This document shows, in pieces, positions 11,503-26,129 of a DNA stretch of 64,000 bases. This DNA is from Escherichia coli (GTDB taxonomy: Bacteria > Pseudomonadota > Gammaproteobacteria > Enterobacterales > Enterobacteriaceae): assembly GCF_003018255.1 (NCBI RefSeq), contig NZ_CP027440.1; one strand, given 5' to 3'. The translations under genes and the position numbers were made by a program. The notes below the pieces were generated by a model. The model saw only the letters and a program-made list of their open reading frames with translations, ran no database searches and had not been told where the DNA came from. Position 1 is the stretch's first letter. Each line of letters begins with the position of its first letter.

Positions 11503-12786
11503 ATGGACGTTGATGTGTCAACCAGTGTTGCGGGTAATAAACCGCAACGGATTCGTCGTATTCAGACAGTGACCCTGGTTTTATTATTTATGGCGGGGAT
11601 CGTTAATTTTCTCGACCGTTCGTCATTGAGCGTGGCAGGTGAAGCAATTCGTGGCGAGTTAGGATTATCCGCTACCGAGTTTGGTGTTTTGCTTTCTGCA
11701 TTTTCTCTGTCTTATGGTTTTTCACAACTTCCTTCCGGTATTTTGCTAGACCGCTTTGGCCCACGAATAGTGTTAGGCGCAGGCTTAATATTCTGGTCAT
11801 TAATGCAGGCATTAACAGGAATGGTTAATTCTTTTAGCCACTTTATTTTAATGCGTATCGGTCTGGGTATTGGCGAAGCGCCATTTATGCCTGCGGGAGT
11901 AAAGTCGATCACCGACTGGTATGCGCAAAAAGAACGCGGCACGGCGCTGGGGATTTTTAACTCATCTACCGTTATCGGTCAGGCTATCGCGCCTCCTGCT
12001 CTTGTATTGATGCAACTGGCATGGGGCTGGCGGACGATGTTTGTCATCATCGGCGTAGCAGGGATTCTGGTTGGGATCTGTTGGTACGCGTGGTATCGCA
12101 ACCGGGCGCAGTTTGTCCTGACCGAGGAAGAACGGACATATCTCTCCGCGCCGGTTAAACCGCGTCCACAGTTACAATTTAGCGAGTGGCTGGCGCTGTT
12201 TAAGCATCGGACAACCTGGGGGATGATTTTAGGTTTCTCTGGCGTCAATTATACCGGTTGGCTCTACATCGCGTGGTTACCCGGTTATTTGCAGGCCGAA
12301 CAAGGTTTCAGTCTGGCGAAAACCGGTTGGGTGGCGGCAATTCCTTTCCTCGCGGCGGCGGTCGGGATGTGGGTTAACGGTATTGTTGTCGATCGGCTGG
12401 CGAAAAAAGGCTATGACCTGGCGAAGACGCGTAAAACGGCGATTGTCTGCGGTTTGATGATGTCGGCATTAGGCACGTTGCTGGTCGTGCAATCTTCCTC
12501 GCCAGCCCAGGCGGTAGCGTTTATCTCAATGGCGCTGTTCTGCGTGCATTTCGCGGGAACATCTGCATGGGGGCTGGTGCAGGTGATGGTGTCAGAAACA
12601 AAAGTGGCTTCCATCGCCGGGATTCAAAACTTTGGCAGTTTTGTTTTTGCTTCCTTTGCTCCGATCGTAACCGGTTGGGTCGTGGATACCACACACTCGT
12701 TTAATCTGGCGCTGGTTATCGCGGCCTGTGTGACGTTCACCGGGGCGCTGTGTTACTTCTTTATTGTCAAAGATCGGATTGAGTAA
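11503..12786 (+). CDS. MFS transporter, anion:cation symporter (ACS) family, putative acid-sugar/aldonate permease (427 aa); accessory gene
   Basis: RBS AAGGAG upstream; about 12 predicted TM helices; motifs NFLDRSSLSVAG, GIGEAPFMP, RKTAIVCGL as in DgoT/RhmT/GudP-type transporters; 66-bp gap with no terminator after the dehydratase suggests co-transcription. Confidence 0.8.
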   Translation: MDVDVSTSVAGNKPQRIRRIQTVTLVLLFMAGIVNFLDRSSLSVAGEAIRGELGLSATEFGVLLSAFSLSYGFSQLPSGILLDRFGPRIVLGAGLIFWSLMQALTGMVNSFSHFILMRIGLGIGEAPFMPAGVKSITDWYAQKERGTALGIFNSSTVIGQAIAPPALVLMQLAWGWRTMFVIIGVAGILVGICWYAWYRNRAQFVLTEEERTYLSAPVKPRPQLQFSEWLALFKHRTTWGMILGFSGVNYTGWLYIAWLPGYLQAEQGFSLAKTGWVAAIPFLAAAVGMWVNGIVVDRLAKKGYDLAKTRKTAIVCGLMMSALGTLLVVQSSSPAQAVAFISMALFCVHFAGTSAWGLVQVMVSETKVASIAGIQNFGSFVFASFAPIVTGWVVDTTHSFNLALVIAACVTFTGALCYFFIVKDRIE

Positions 12787-12825
12787 CCGTTACTATCAGG
12801 CTCTCTTGCTGTGGGCCTGTAGAAT

Positions 12826-12942
12826 AAAAAAAAGCGGATCCTGGAGATCCGCAAAAGTTCACGTTGGCTTTAGTTATTCGAGTTGAGAAACTCTCGAAAC
12901 GGGCAGTGACTTCAAGGGTTAAAAGAGGTGCCGCTCCGTTTC
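12826..12942 (-). ncRNA. oxyS: OxyS small regulatory RNA
   Basis: Reverse complement reads GAAACGGAGCGGCACCTCTTTTAACCCTTGAAGTCACTGCCCGTTTCGAGAGTTTCTCAACTCGAATAACTAAAGCCAACGTGAACTTTTGCGGATCTCCAGGATCCGCTTTTTTTT, the known OxyS sequence with its terminator hairpin; divergent from oxyR. Confidence 0.93.
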
Positions 12943-13037
12943 TGTGAGCAATTATCAGTCAGAATGCTTGATAGGGATAATCGTTCGTTGCTATGCTACC
13001 TATCGCCGCGAACTATCGTGGCAATGGAGGATGGATA

Positions 13038-13955
13038 ATGAATATTCGTGATCTTGAGTACCTGGTGGCATTGGCCGAACACCGCCATTTTCGGCGTGCG
13101 GCAGATTCCTGCCACGTTAGCCAGCCGACGCTTAGCGGGCAAATTCGTAAGCTGGAAGATGAGTTGGGTGTGATGTTGCTGGAGCGGACCAGCCGTAAAG
13201 TGTTATTCACCCAGGCGGGAATGCTGCTGGTGGATCAGGCGCGTACCGTGCTGCGTGAGGTGAAAGTCCTTAAAGAGATGGCAAGCCAGCAGGGCGAGAC
13301 GATGTCCGGACCGCTGCATATTGGTCTGATTCCCACGGTTGGACCGTACCTGCTACCGCATATTATCCCGATGCTGCACCAGACCTTTCCAAAGCTGGAA
13401 ATGTATCTGCATGAAGCACAGACCCACCAGTTACTGGCGCAACTGGACAGCGGCAAACTCGATTGCGTGATCCTCGCGCTGGTGAAAGAGAGCGAAGCAT
13501 TCATTGAAGTGCCGTTGTTTGATGAGCCAATGTTGCTGGCTATCTATGAAGACCATCCGTGGGCGAACCGCGAATGCGTACCGATGGCCGATCTGGCAGG
13601 GGAAAAACTGCTGATGCTGGAAGATGGTCACTGTTTGCGCGATCAGGCAATGGGTTTCTGTTTTGAAGCCGGGGCGGATGAAGATACACACTTCCGCGCG
13701 ACCAGCCTGGAAACTCTGCGCAACATGGTGGCGGCAGGTAGCGGGATCACTTTACTGCCTGCGCTGGCTGTGCCGCCGGAACGCAAACGTGATGGGGTTG
13801 TTTATCTGCCATGCATTAAGCCGGAACCACGCCGCACTATTGGCCTGGTTTATCGTCCTGGCTCACCACTGCGCAGCCGCTATGAGCAGCTGGCAGAGGC
13901 CATCCGCGCAAGAATGGATGGCCATTTCGATAAAGTGTTAAAACAGGCGGTTTAA
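13038..13955 (+). CDS. oxyR: LysR-family oxidative stress regulator OxyR (305 aa)
   Basis: ORF 12993..13955; the internal start giving [44 protein letters not shown] matches OxyR; redox cysteines present (…[18 protein letters not shown]…). Confidence 0.96.
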   Translation: MNIRDLEYLVALAEHRHFRRAADSCHVSQPTLSGQIRKLEDELGVMLLERTSRKVLFTQAGMLLVDQARTVLREVKVLKEMASQQGETMSGPLHIGLIPTVGPYLLPHIIPMLHQTFPKLEMYLHEAQTHQLLAQLDSGKLDCVILALVKESEAFIEVPLFDEPMLLAIYEDHPWANRECVPMADLAGEKLLMLEDGHCLRDQAMGFCFEAGADEDTHFRATSLETLRNMVAAGSGITLLPALAVPPERKRDGVVYLPCIKPEPRRTIGLVYRPGSPLRSRYEQLAEAIRARMDGHFDKVLKQAV

Positions 13956-15338
13956 GCCATTTAGCGCAGCTACCCGATAGGCTTCCGCCATCGTCGGGTA
14001 GTTAAAGGTGGTGTTGACGAAGTACTCAATAGTGTTGCCGCCACCTTTCTGTTCCATAATCGCCTGACCGATATGAATAATTTCGGCAGCGCGCTCGCCA
14101 AAGCAGTGAATACCCAGAATCTCTTTTGTTTCCCGATGGAACAAAATTTTCAGCGTGCCCACGTTCATGCCGACGATTTGTGCACGTGCCAGATGTTTAA
14201 ACTGGGCGCGGCCCACTTCATATGGCACTTTCATCGCGGTCAGCTGCTGTTCGGTTTTGCCCACAGAGCTGATTTCCGGGATGGTGTAAATACCGGTAGG
14301 GATATCTTCAATCAGATGTGCGGTGGCTTCACCTTTCACCAGCGCCTGCGCGGCAATGCGCCCCTGGTCATAGGCCGCCGACGCCAGGCTCGGATAACCA
14401 ATCACGTCGCCCACCGCGTAAACGTGCGGCTGTGCGGTCTGATACATGCTGTTGACCTTCAGCTGTCCGCGGCTGTCAGTTTCCAGCCCAATGTTCTGTA
14501 ACGCCAGCGAATCGGTATTACCGGTGCGACCGTTGGCATAGAGCAGGCAGTCAGCTTTCAGTTTTTTACCCGACTTCAAATGCATGATCACACCGTCGTC
14601 ACAGCCTTCGATCTTCTCGTACTCTTCGTTGTGACGAATCACTACGCCACTGTTCCAGAAGTGATAGGAGAGAGAATCTGACATCTCTTGATCGAGAAAT
14701 GCCAGCAGGCGATCGCGGGTGTTGATCAGATCCACTTTTACATCCATACCGCGGAAGATCGACGCATATTCACAGCCGATCACTCCAGCACCATAGATAA
14801 GTACATGGCGCGGTTCGTGGTGCATGCTAAGAATTGAGTCGCTGTCGTAAATGCGTGGATGCGTGAAATCAACATCTGTTGGATGATATGGACGAGAGCC
14901 GCAAGCAATAACAAATTTTTCAGCGGTTAGTGTCTCGACGCTGCCGTCCGGGCAATCCAGCGCCAGCGTGTGCTCGTCAACAAAGCGAGCGTTCCCCTGC
15001 AATATTTCACAGTGATTACGTTCGTAAAATCCCTGACGCATGCGCGTTTGTTGATTAATCACGTTATCGGCATGGTTAAGGATATCGGCAAAAGAAGAGC
15101 GGAGCAGTCGCGAATGGTCGCTGTAAAGTGGGTTTTGATTAAATTCTATAATGCGGCTGACGGCGTGACGGAGAGCTTTCGACGGGATGGTGCCCCAGTG
15201 GGTGCAACCGCCGCCAACATTTTGATAACGCTCGATAACTGCGACGCGCGCACCTTGCTTAACCAGGCCCATTGCAGCGCCTTCGCCGCCGGGGCCGGAA
15301 CCTATTACTATGGCATCGTAATCGTAGGAATGTGGCAT
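13938..15338 (-). CDS. sthA: Soluble pyridine nucleotide transhydrogenase SthA/UdhA (466 aa)
   Basis: [27 protein letters not shown]-binding N-terminus; 3' end overlaps the oxyR 3' end by 18 bp (convergent). Confidence 0.96.
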
Positions 15339-15672
15339 GGTAGGGCTTACCTGTTCTTATACATAAAAGCAACAGAATGGTAACATTTTATCGCGGGTAA
15401 GCCAATTGATCCCCGTCATTTATCTGGCTATATCGTGAGCGGCCTTTGCTTTGTCTGTTTCTTACTTTTGACCTGAACGTTTTATTGGATTTTTATCGAC
15501 GATACTCTCCGTTTAAGCGGCAGGTTTCCGTTGTACGTAAAAGAACCGGCCAAAGAATTGCAGTAAATATGTTTTATTGCGTTACCGTTCATTCACAATA
15601 CTGGAGCAATCCAGTATGTTCATTCTCTGGTATAGTGCCAGCAGTACTTTTGGCAAGGATTCAGACATCGTG

Positions 15673-16320
15673 ATGGGCGTAAGAGCGCAACAAAAAGAAA
15701 AAACCCGCCGTTCGCTGGTGGAAGCCGCATTTAGCCAATTAAGTGCTGAACGCAGCTTCGCCAGCCTGAGTTTGCGTGAAGTGGCGCGTGAAGCGGGCAT
15801 TGCTCCCACCTCTTTTTATCGGCATTTCCGCGACGTAGACGAACTGGGTCTGACCATGGTTGATGAGAGCGGTTTAATGCTACGCCAACTCATGCGTCAG
15901 GCGCGTCAGCGTATCGCCAAAGGCGGGAGTGTGATCCGCACCTCGGTCTCCACATTTATGGAGTTCATCGGTAATAATCCTAACGCCTTCCGGTTATTAT
16001 TGCGGGAACGCTCCGGCACCTCCGCTGCGTTTCGTGCCGCCGTTGCGCGTGAAATTCAGCACTTCATTGCGGAACTTGCGGACTATCTGGAACTCGAAAA
16101 CCATATGCCGCGTGCGTTTACTGAAGCGCAAGCCGAAGCAATGGTGACGATTGTCTTCAGTGCGGGGGCCGAGGCGTTGGATGTCGGCGTCGAACAACGT
16201 CGGCAATTAGAAGAGCGACTGGTACTGCAACTGCGAATGATTTCTAAAGGGGCTTATTACTGGTATCGCCGTGAACAAGAGAAAACCGCAATTATTCCGG
16301 GAAATGTGAAGGACGAGTAA
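15673..16320 (+). CDS. fabR: TetR-family fatty acid biosynthesis repressor FabR (215 aa; an upstream in-frame start at 15577 is possible)
   Basis: [55 protein letters not shown] region; ORF extends upstream to 15577. Confidence 0.9.
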
Positions 16321-16679
16321 TGAAACAAGCAAATCAAGATAGAGGTACGCTGCTGCTGGCGTTGGTTGCTGGCTTATCGATTAATGGTACTTTCGCAGCG
16401 CTGTTTAGCTCCATTGTGCCATTTTCTGTATTCCCGATTATTTCCCTGTTGCTGACGGTTTACTGCCTGCATCAACGTTATCTTAATCGCACCATGCCGG
16501 TAGGCTTGCCGGGTCTGGCAGCTGCCTGTTTTATTCTCGGCGTACTGCTGTACAGCACGGTAGTTCGTGCGGAATATCCGGATATCGGCTCTAACTTCTT
16601 CCCGGCAGTACTCTCCGTCATTATGGTGTTCTGGATTGGCGCGAAGATGCGTAACCGTAAGCAGGAAGTTGCTGAGTAA
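16320..16679 (+). CDS. yijD: Inner membrane protein YijD (119 aa)
   Basis: Hydrophobic 119-aa ORF whose ATG overlaps the fabR stop (TAATGA), consistent with the fabR-yijD operon. Confidence 0.85.
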   Translation: MKQANQDRGTLLLALVAGLSINGTFAALFSSIVPFSVFPIISLLLTVYCLHQRYLNRTMPVGLPGLAAACFILGVLLYSTVVRAEYPDIGSNFFPAVLSVIMVFWIGAKMRNRKQEVAE

Positions 16680-16685
16680 TCGGTA

Positions 16686-16718
16686 TCATGCCGGATGCTG
16701 GTGCATCCGGCATGGGTT
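16686..16718. terminator. Hairpin between convergent yijD and trmA (probable bidirectional terminator)
   Basis: Perfect inverted repeat CCGGATGCTGGTGCATCCGG between the two stop codons. Confidence 0.55.
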
Positions 16719-17819
16719 TTACTTCGCGGTCAGTAATACGCCGCACTCCATATGGTGCGTGTAGGGGAACTGATCAAACAGAGCCAGACGTTCGACCTTG
16801 TGCGTCTGGCTTAATGTTTCCAGATTCTTGCATAACGTTTCCGGATTGCAGGAGATATACAGAATACGTGGATACGCCTGCACCATTTTCTCGGTTTCAC
16901 TGTCCAGACCGCTGCGCGGTGGGTCGACAAAAATGGTTTCGCACTGATAACTCTTTAAGTCGATTCCTTGCAGGCGGTTAAACTCGCGTACGCCATTCAT
17001 CGCCTGAGTAAATTCTTCTGCCGCCATACGAATAATTTGTACGTTATCAATATGGTTAGCGGCAATGTTGTATTGCGCGGCAGCGACCGACGGCTTAGCG
17101 ATTTCGGTGGCTAATACCCGATCAAAATTGCGCGCCAGTGCTAATGAAAAGTTACCGTTGCCGCAGTACAGCTCCAGCAAATCGCCTTTTGAGCCTTTGG
17201 TTACGTCCAGCGCCCATTCCAGCATCTGAATATTCATCGCCGCGTTCGGCTGGGTAAAGCTGTTTTCTACCTGACGGTAGATCATCTCTTTCCCTGCGAC
17301 CGGCAGACGTTCATCGATGTAATCCTGGTCCAGCTCGATTTTGGTTTTCGTTGCCCGACCAATCAGATGCACATTCAGATTCTGCGCTCGCAGTGCATCG
17401 CGCAGGGCTTCCGCTTCCTGACGCCACTCATCATCCAGCTTCTTATGGTACAGCAGGGAAACCACCGCCTGATTACTCAGCGTGGTGAGGTAATCAATCT
17501 GGAACAACTTGTGGCGCAGAACGGGATTATTACGCACACCCGCAATCATCGCCGTCATCAACTGGTTGATAAGTTCACTGGCGGCGGGGAAGCTATCCAC
17601 GCGGATGCGGCTTTTGGTTTGTTGATCGAAAATGATGTGATACAGGTCATCGCCATCGTGCCAGATGCGGAACTCCGCACGCATCCGGTAATGACTGACC
17701 GGCGAGCGAAACACTTCCGGAACCAGGTCAGAAAACGGTGCCATCATACTTTGCAAACGTACCACTTTTTCGGCTAACTGCGCTTCATACTGTTCTGTTG
17801 GAAGGTGTTCGGGGGTCAT
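16719..17819 (-). CDS. trmA: tRNA (uracil54-C5)-methyltransferase TrmA (366 aa)
   Basis: [29 protein letters not shown] start, SAM-dependent methyltransferase motifs. Confidence 0.95.
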
Positions 17820-17944
17820 GATGTATCCTGAAAAATTAAAGTACGCGGCGATTGTAGGGATTGCTCATCAGATGTCCAGATCTTGATGAATTCCTATTTG
17901 TGAGCTACGTCTGGACAGTAACTTGTTACAACCTGTAGCATCCA

Positions 17945-18187
17945 CTTGCCGGTCCTGTGAGTTAATAGGGAATCCAGTGCGAATCTGGAGCTGACGCGCA
18001 GCGGTAAGGAAAGGTGCGATGATTGCGTTATGCGGACACTGCCATCCGGTGGGAAGTCATCATCTCTTAGTATCTTAGATACCCCTCCAAGCCCGAAGAC
18101 CTGCCGGCTAACGTCGCATCTGGTTCTCATCATCGCGTAATATTGATGAAACCTGCGGCATCCTTCTTCTATTGTGGATGCTTTACA
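17945..18187 (+). promoter_or_regulatory. btuB leader containing the adenosylcobalamin (B12) riboswitch
   Basis: Leader GCCGGTCCTGTGAGTTAATAGGGAATCCAGTGCGAATCTGGAGCTGACGCGCAGCGGTAAGGAAAGGTGCGATGATTGCGTTATGCGGACACTGCCA... matches the recalled btuB riboswitch; lies directly upstream of btuB. Confidence 0.85.
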
Positions 18188-20071
18188 ATGATTAAAAAAG
18201 CTTCGCTGCTGACGGCGTGTTCTGTCACAGCCTTTTCCGCTTGGGCACAGGATACCAGCCCGGATACTCTCGTTGTTACTGCTAACCGTTTTCAGCAGCC
18301 AGTAAATACTGTCCTTGCACCTACTGATATTGTTACCCGTGAGGATATTCAACGCTGGCAGTCGAAAGACCTCAACGATGTTATGAGTCATCTCCCCGGT
18401 GTAAATATCTCTCAAACTGGTGGAATGGGGACGAGTTCTTCTCTTTATGTTCGAGGCACTGAATCGCGCCATGTTTTAGTGTTGATTGACGGTGTGCCGA
18501 TGGCCCGTGCCGGTATCGACAATGCAATTGATATTAGCCAGTTCCCGGTATCACTTGTACAGCGTGTTGAATATATTCGTGGGCCGCGTTCTGCCGTTTA
18601 TGGTTCTGGTGCCATCGGAGGTGTGGTGAACATTATTACAATGAGTAATGATGAGAAAGCTCAGATCAACGCAGGAATGGGTACAAATGGTTATCAAGCC
18701 TATGATGGGGTAATAAATAAACGTTTTGGCGATACGATGGTAACAGCAGCAGGTGCTTACCAGACGACCAAAGGTTTTAACATTCAGCCTGGCTCACCAT
18801 ACAGTGGTGATAGCGATCGCGATGGATATCGCAACAAACTTTTCTGGGGGGGGCTGCAGCATAAGTTTAACGATAACTTCTCGGGGTTCTTCCGTGGTTA
18901 CAGCTACACAGCTAATAATGATTACGACCAGGGCTCGATGTATGGTTCTGCTACTGGCAACGAAGAAGCTCAGAATTACAACCAGTCCTGGGATACTGGC
19001 CTACGCTATAACTCCGGCATCTATTCGTCTCAGTTAATTGCTAACTATCAACGACTCAAGAATTATAACTACACAAATAATCTTGGTCGTTATGCGGGAG
19101 ATGCCACCCTGGATGACATGGAACAGCGTTATATTCAGTGGGGTAATAGCATTGAGGTAGGGCATGGTGCAATTAGCGGCGGGATCGATTGGAAACAGGA
19201 AAAACTGACGTCCAGCAGCATTACAAAATCAGATGATTACGAACGCGATACCACCGGGTTATACCTGACTGGACAGCAACAGATTTCCAATGTGACTTTG
19301 GAAGCTTCTGGCCGAGAAGATCATGATGAACAGTTTGGCTGGCATGGTACCTGGCAGACAGCTGCTGGCTGGGAGTTTATTGATGGCTACCAGGCAACAC
19401 TTTCTTACGGTACCAGTTTTCTTTCGCCTTCTCTTGGACAGCAATACGGGGCTGCTCGCTTTGCTTCAATTTATGGTCCTGGTATTGCAGCCAACCCAAA
19501 TTTGAAGCCAGAAGAATCTAAACAGTGGGAGATTGGAATTGAGGGGGTAACTGGGACTCTGGATTGGCGGCTCTCAGGATATCGTTATGAAATTCAGAAC
19601 CTGATTGATTATAAAAGCATAAATAATGTCAACCAGTACATTAATGTGAAATCAGCCACGATTAAAGGGCTGGAATGGACGGGAAATATTACAACCGGTC
19701 CTGTTGAACATCGCTTGACGTTACAATATGTTGACCCGCGCGATGATGAAACAGATAAAGTGCTGTACCGTCGGGCAAAACAGCAGGTTAAGTACGAGTT
19801 GACTGGACAAGCTTATGGTTTCGAATGGGACGTATCTTACCAATATATAGGTCAACGATACGACAACGCTTATGACGAGACCTCTGGCTCATCACATACA
19901 GTTAAATTAGGCGGTGTGAGCTTGTGGGATCTTGCGGTTGCGTATCCGGTCACCTCTCATCTAACAGTTCGTGGTAAAATAGCCAACCTGTTCGACAAAG
20001 ATTATGAGACAGTCTATGGCTACCAAACTGCAGGACGGGAATACACCTTGTCTGGCAGCTACACCTTCTGA
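18188..20071 (+). CDS. btuB: TonB-dependent vitamin B12 / colicin E / phage BF23 outer membrane receptor BtuB, divergent mosaic allele (627 aa)
   Basis: ORF 18143..20071; start MIKKASLLTACSVTAFSAWAQDTSPDTLVVTANRF (signal peptide plus TonB box DTLVVTA); C-terminus ...GYQTAGREYTLSGSYTF with terminal Phe; central region differs substantially from the recalled K-12 BtuB. Confidence 0.9.
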   Translation: MIKKASLLTACSVTAFSAWAQDTSPDTLVVTANRFQQPVNTVLAPTDIVTREDIQRWQSKDLNDVMSHLPGVNISQTGGMGTSSSLYVRGTESRHVLVLIDGVPMARAGIDNAIDISQFPVSLVQRVEYIRGPRSAVYGSGAIGGVVNIITMSNDEKAQINAGMGTNGYQAYDGVINKRFGDTMVTAAGAYQTTKGFNIQPGSPYSGDSDRDGYRNKLFWGGLQHKFNDNFSGFFRGYSYTANNDYDQGSMYGSATGNEEAQNYNQSWDTGLRYNSGIYSSQLIANYQRLKNYNYTNNLGRYAGDATLDDMEQRYIQWGNSIEVGHGAISGGIDWKQEKLTSSSITKSDDYERDTTGLYLTGQQQISNVTLEASGREDHDEQFGWHGTWQTAAGWEFIDGYQATLSYGTSFLSPSLGQQYGAARFASIYGPGIAANPNLKPEESKQWEIGIEGVTGTLDWRLSGYRYEIQNLIDYKSINNVNQYINVKSATIKGLEWTGNITTGPVEHRLTLQYVDPRDDETDKVLYRRAKQQVKYELTGQAYGFEWDVSYQYIGQRYDNAYDETSGSSHTVKLGGVSLWDLAVAYPVTSHLTVRGKIANLFDKDYETVYGYQTAGREYTLSGSYTF

Positions 20072-20873
20072 ACCACGTCCCACCGTGCTGGTGTTTGACT
20101 CCGGCGTCGGTGGGTTGTCGGTCTATGACGAGATCCGGCATCTCTTACCGGATCTCCATTACATTTATGCTTTCGATAACGTCGCTTTCCCGTATGGCGA
20201 AAAAAGCGAAGAGTTTATTGTTGAGCGAGTGGTGGCAATTGTCACCGCAGTGCAAGAACGTTATCCCCTTGCGCTGGCTGTGGTCGCTTGCAACACCGCC
20301 AGTACCGTTTCACTTCCTGCATTACGCGAAAAGTTCGACTTCCCGGTTGTTGGTGTCGTGCCGGCGATTAAACCTGCTGCACGTCTGACGGCAAATGGCA
20401 TTGTCGGATTACTGGCAACCCGCGGAACTGTTAAACGTTCTTATACTCATGAGCTGATCGCGCGTTTCGCTAATGAATGCCAGATAGAAATGCTGGGCTC
20501 GGCAGAGATGGTCGAGTTGGCTGAAGCGAAGCTGCATGGCGAAGATGTTTCTCTGGATGCGCTAAAACGTATCTTGCGTCCGTGGTTAAGAATGAAAGAG
20601 CCGCCAGATACCGTTGTACTGGGGTGTACCCATTTCCCTCTACTACAAGAAGAACTGTTACAGGTGCTGCCAGAGGGAACCCGGCTGGTGGATTCTGGCG
20701 CAGCGATTGCTCGCCGAACGGCCTGGCTGTTAGAACATGAAGCCCCGGATGCAAAATCTGCCGATGCGAATATTGCCTTTTGTATGGCAATGACGCCAGA
20801 AGCTGAACAATTATTGCCCGTTTTACAGCGTTACGGCTTCGAAACGCTCGAAAAACTGGCAGTTCTAGGCTGA
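20016..20873 (+). CDS. murI: Glutamate racemase MurI (285 aa)
   Basis: MATKLQDGNTPCLAATPSEPRPTVLVFDSGVGGLSVYDEI start; start lies inside the 3' end of btuB (56-bp overlap, different frame). Confidence 0.93.
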   Translation: MATKLQDGNTPCLAATPSEPRPTVLVFDSGVGGLSVYDEIRHLLPDLHYIYAFDNVAFPYGEKSEEFIVERVVAIVTAVQERYPLALAVVACNTASTVSLPALREKFDFPVVGVVPAIKPAARLTANGIVGLLATRGTVKRSYTHELIARFANECQIEMLGSAEMVELAEAKLHGEDVSLDALKRILRPWLRMKEPPDTVVLGCTHFPLLQEELLQVLPEGTRLVDSGAAIARRTAWLLEHEAPDAKSADANIAFCMAMTPEAEQLLPVLQRYGFETLEKLAVLG

Positions 20874-20896
20874 TTTGGTTGAATGTTGCGCGGTCA

Positions 20897-20946
20897 GAAA
20901 ATTATTTTAAATTTCCTCTTGTCAGGCCGGAATAACTCCCTATAAT
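20897..20946 (+). promoter_or_regulatory. rrnB P1 promoter with AT-rich UP element
   Basis: -35 TTGTCA (20919-20924) and -10 TATAAT (20941-20946) with 16-bp spacer and GC-rich discriminator GCGCCACC; upstream A/T tract AGAAAATTATTTTAAATTTCCT. Confidence 0.85.
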
Positions 20947-21036
20947 GCGCCACCACTGACACGGAACAACGGCAAACACGCCGCCGGGTCAGCGGGGTTC
21001 TCCTGAGAATCTCAACAGAGAAAAGCAAAAAAATGC

Positions 21037-21064
21037 TTGACTCTGTAGCGGGAAAGCGTATTAT
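21037..21064 (+). promoter_or_regulatory. rrnB P2 promoter
   Basis: -35 TTGACT (21037-21042), -10 TATTAT (21059-21064); followed by the boxA antiterminator TGCTCTTTAACAATTTATCA. Confidence 0.8.
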
Positions 21065-21245
21065 GCACACCCCGCGCCGCTGAGAAAAAGCGAAGCGGCA
21101 CTGCTCTTTAACAATTTATCAGACAATCTGTGTGGGCACTCGAAGATACGGATTCTTAACGTCGCAAGACGAAAAATGAATACCAAGTCTCAAGAGTGAA
21201 CACGTAATTCATTACGAAGTTTAATTCTTTGAGCATCAAACTTTT

Positions 21246-22787
<1,542 letters not shown>

Positions 22788-22872
22788 CCTTAAAGAAGCG
22801 TACTTTGCAGTGCTCACACAGATTGTCTGATAGAAAGTGAAAAGCAAGGCGTCTTGCGAAGCAGACTGATAC

Positions 22873-22948
22873 GTCCCCTTCGTCTAGAGGCCCAGGACAC
22901 CGCCCTTTCACGGCGGTAACAGGGGTTCGAATCCCCTAGGGGACGCCA
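22873..22948 (+). tRNA. gltT: tRNA-Glu (UUC) in the 16S-23S spacer
   Basis: GTCCCCTTCGTCTAGAGGCCCAGGACACCGCCCTTTCACGGCGGTAACAGGGGTTCGAATCCCCTAGGGGACGCCA, cloverleaf with encoded CCA. Confidence 0.97.
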
Positions 22949-23132
22949 CTTGCTGGTTTGTGAGTGAAAGTCACCTGCCTTAGTATCTCAAAACTCATCT
23001 TCGGGTGATGTTTGAGATATTTGCTCTTTAAAAATCTGGATCAAGCTGAAAATTGAAACACTGAACAACGAAAGTTGTTCGTGAGTCTCTCAAATTTTCG
23101 CAACTCTGAAGTGAAACATCTTCGGGTTGTGA

Positions 23133-26036
<2,904 letters not shown>

Positions 26037-26129
26037 ACAACGCCGAAGATGTTTTGGCGGATGAGAGAAGATTTTCAGCCTGATACAGATTAAATTAACC
26101 GGCGACAAGCGGGTTAATAAAACAGAATT

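Noticed and set aside
17894-18472. 192-aa minus-strand ORF spanning the btuB leader and 5' coding region
   Set aside because: Overlaps the cobalamin riboswitch and the btuB signal-peptide region on the opposite strand; no support as a gene.
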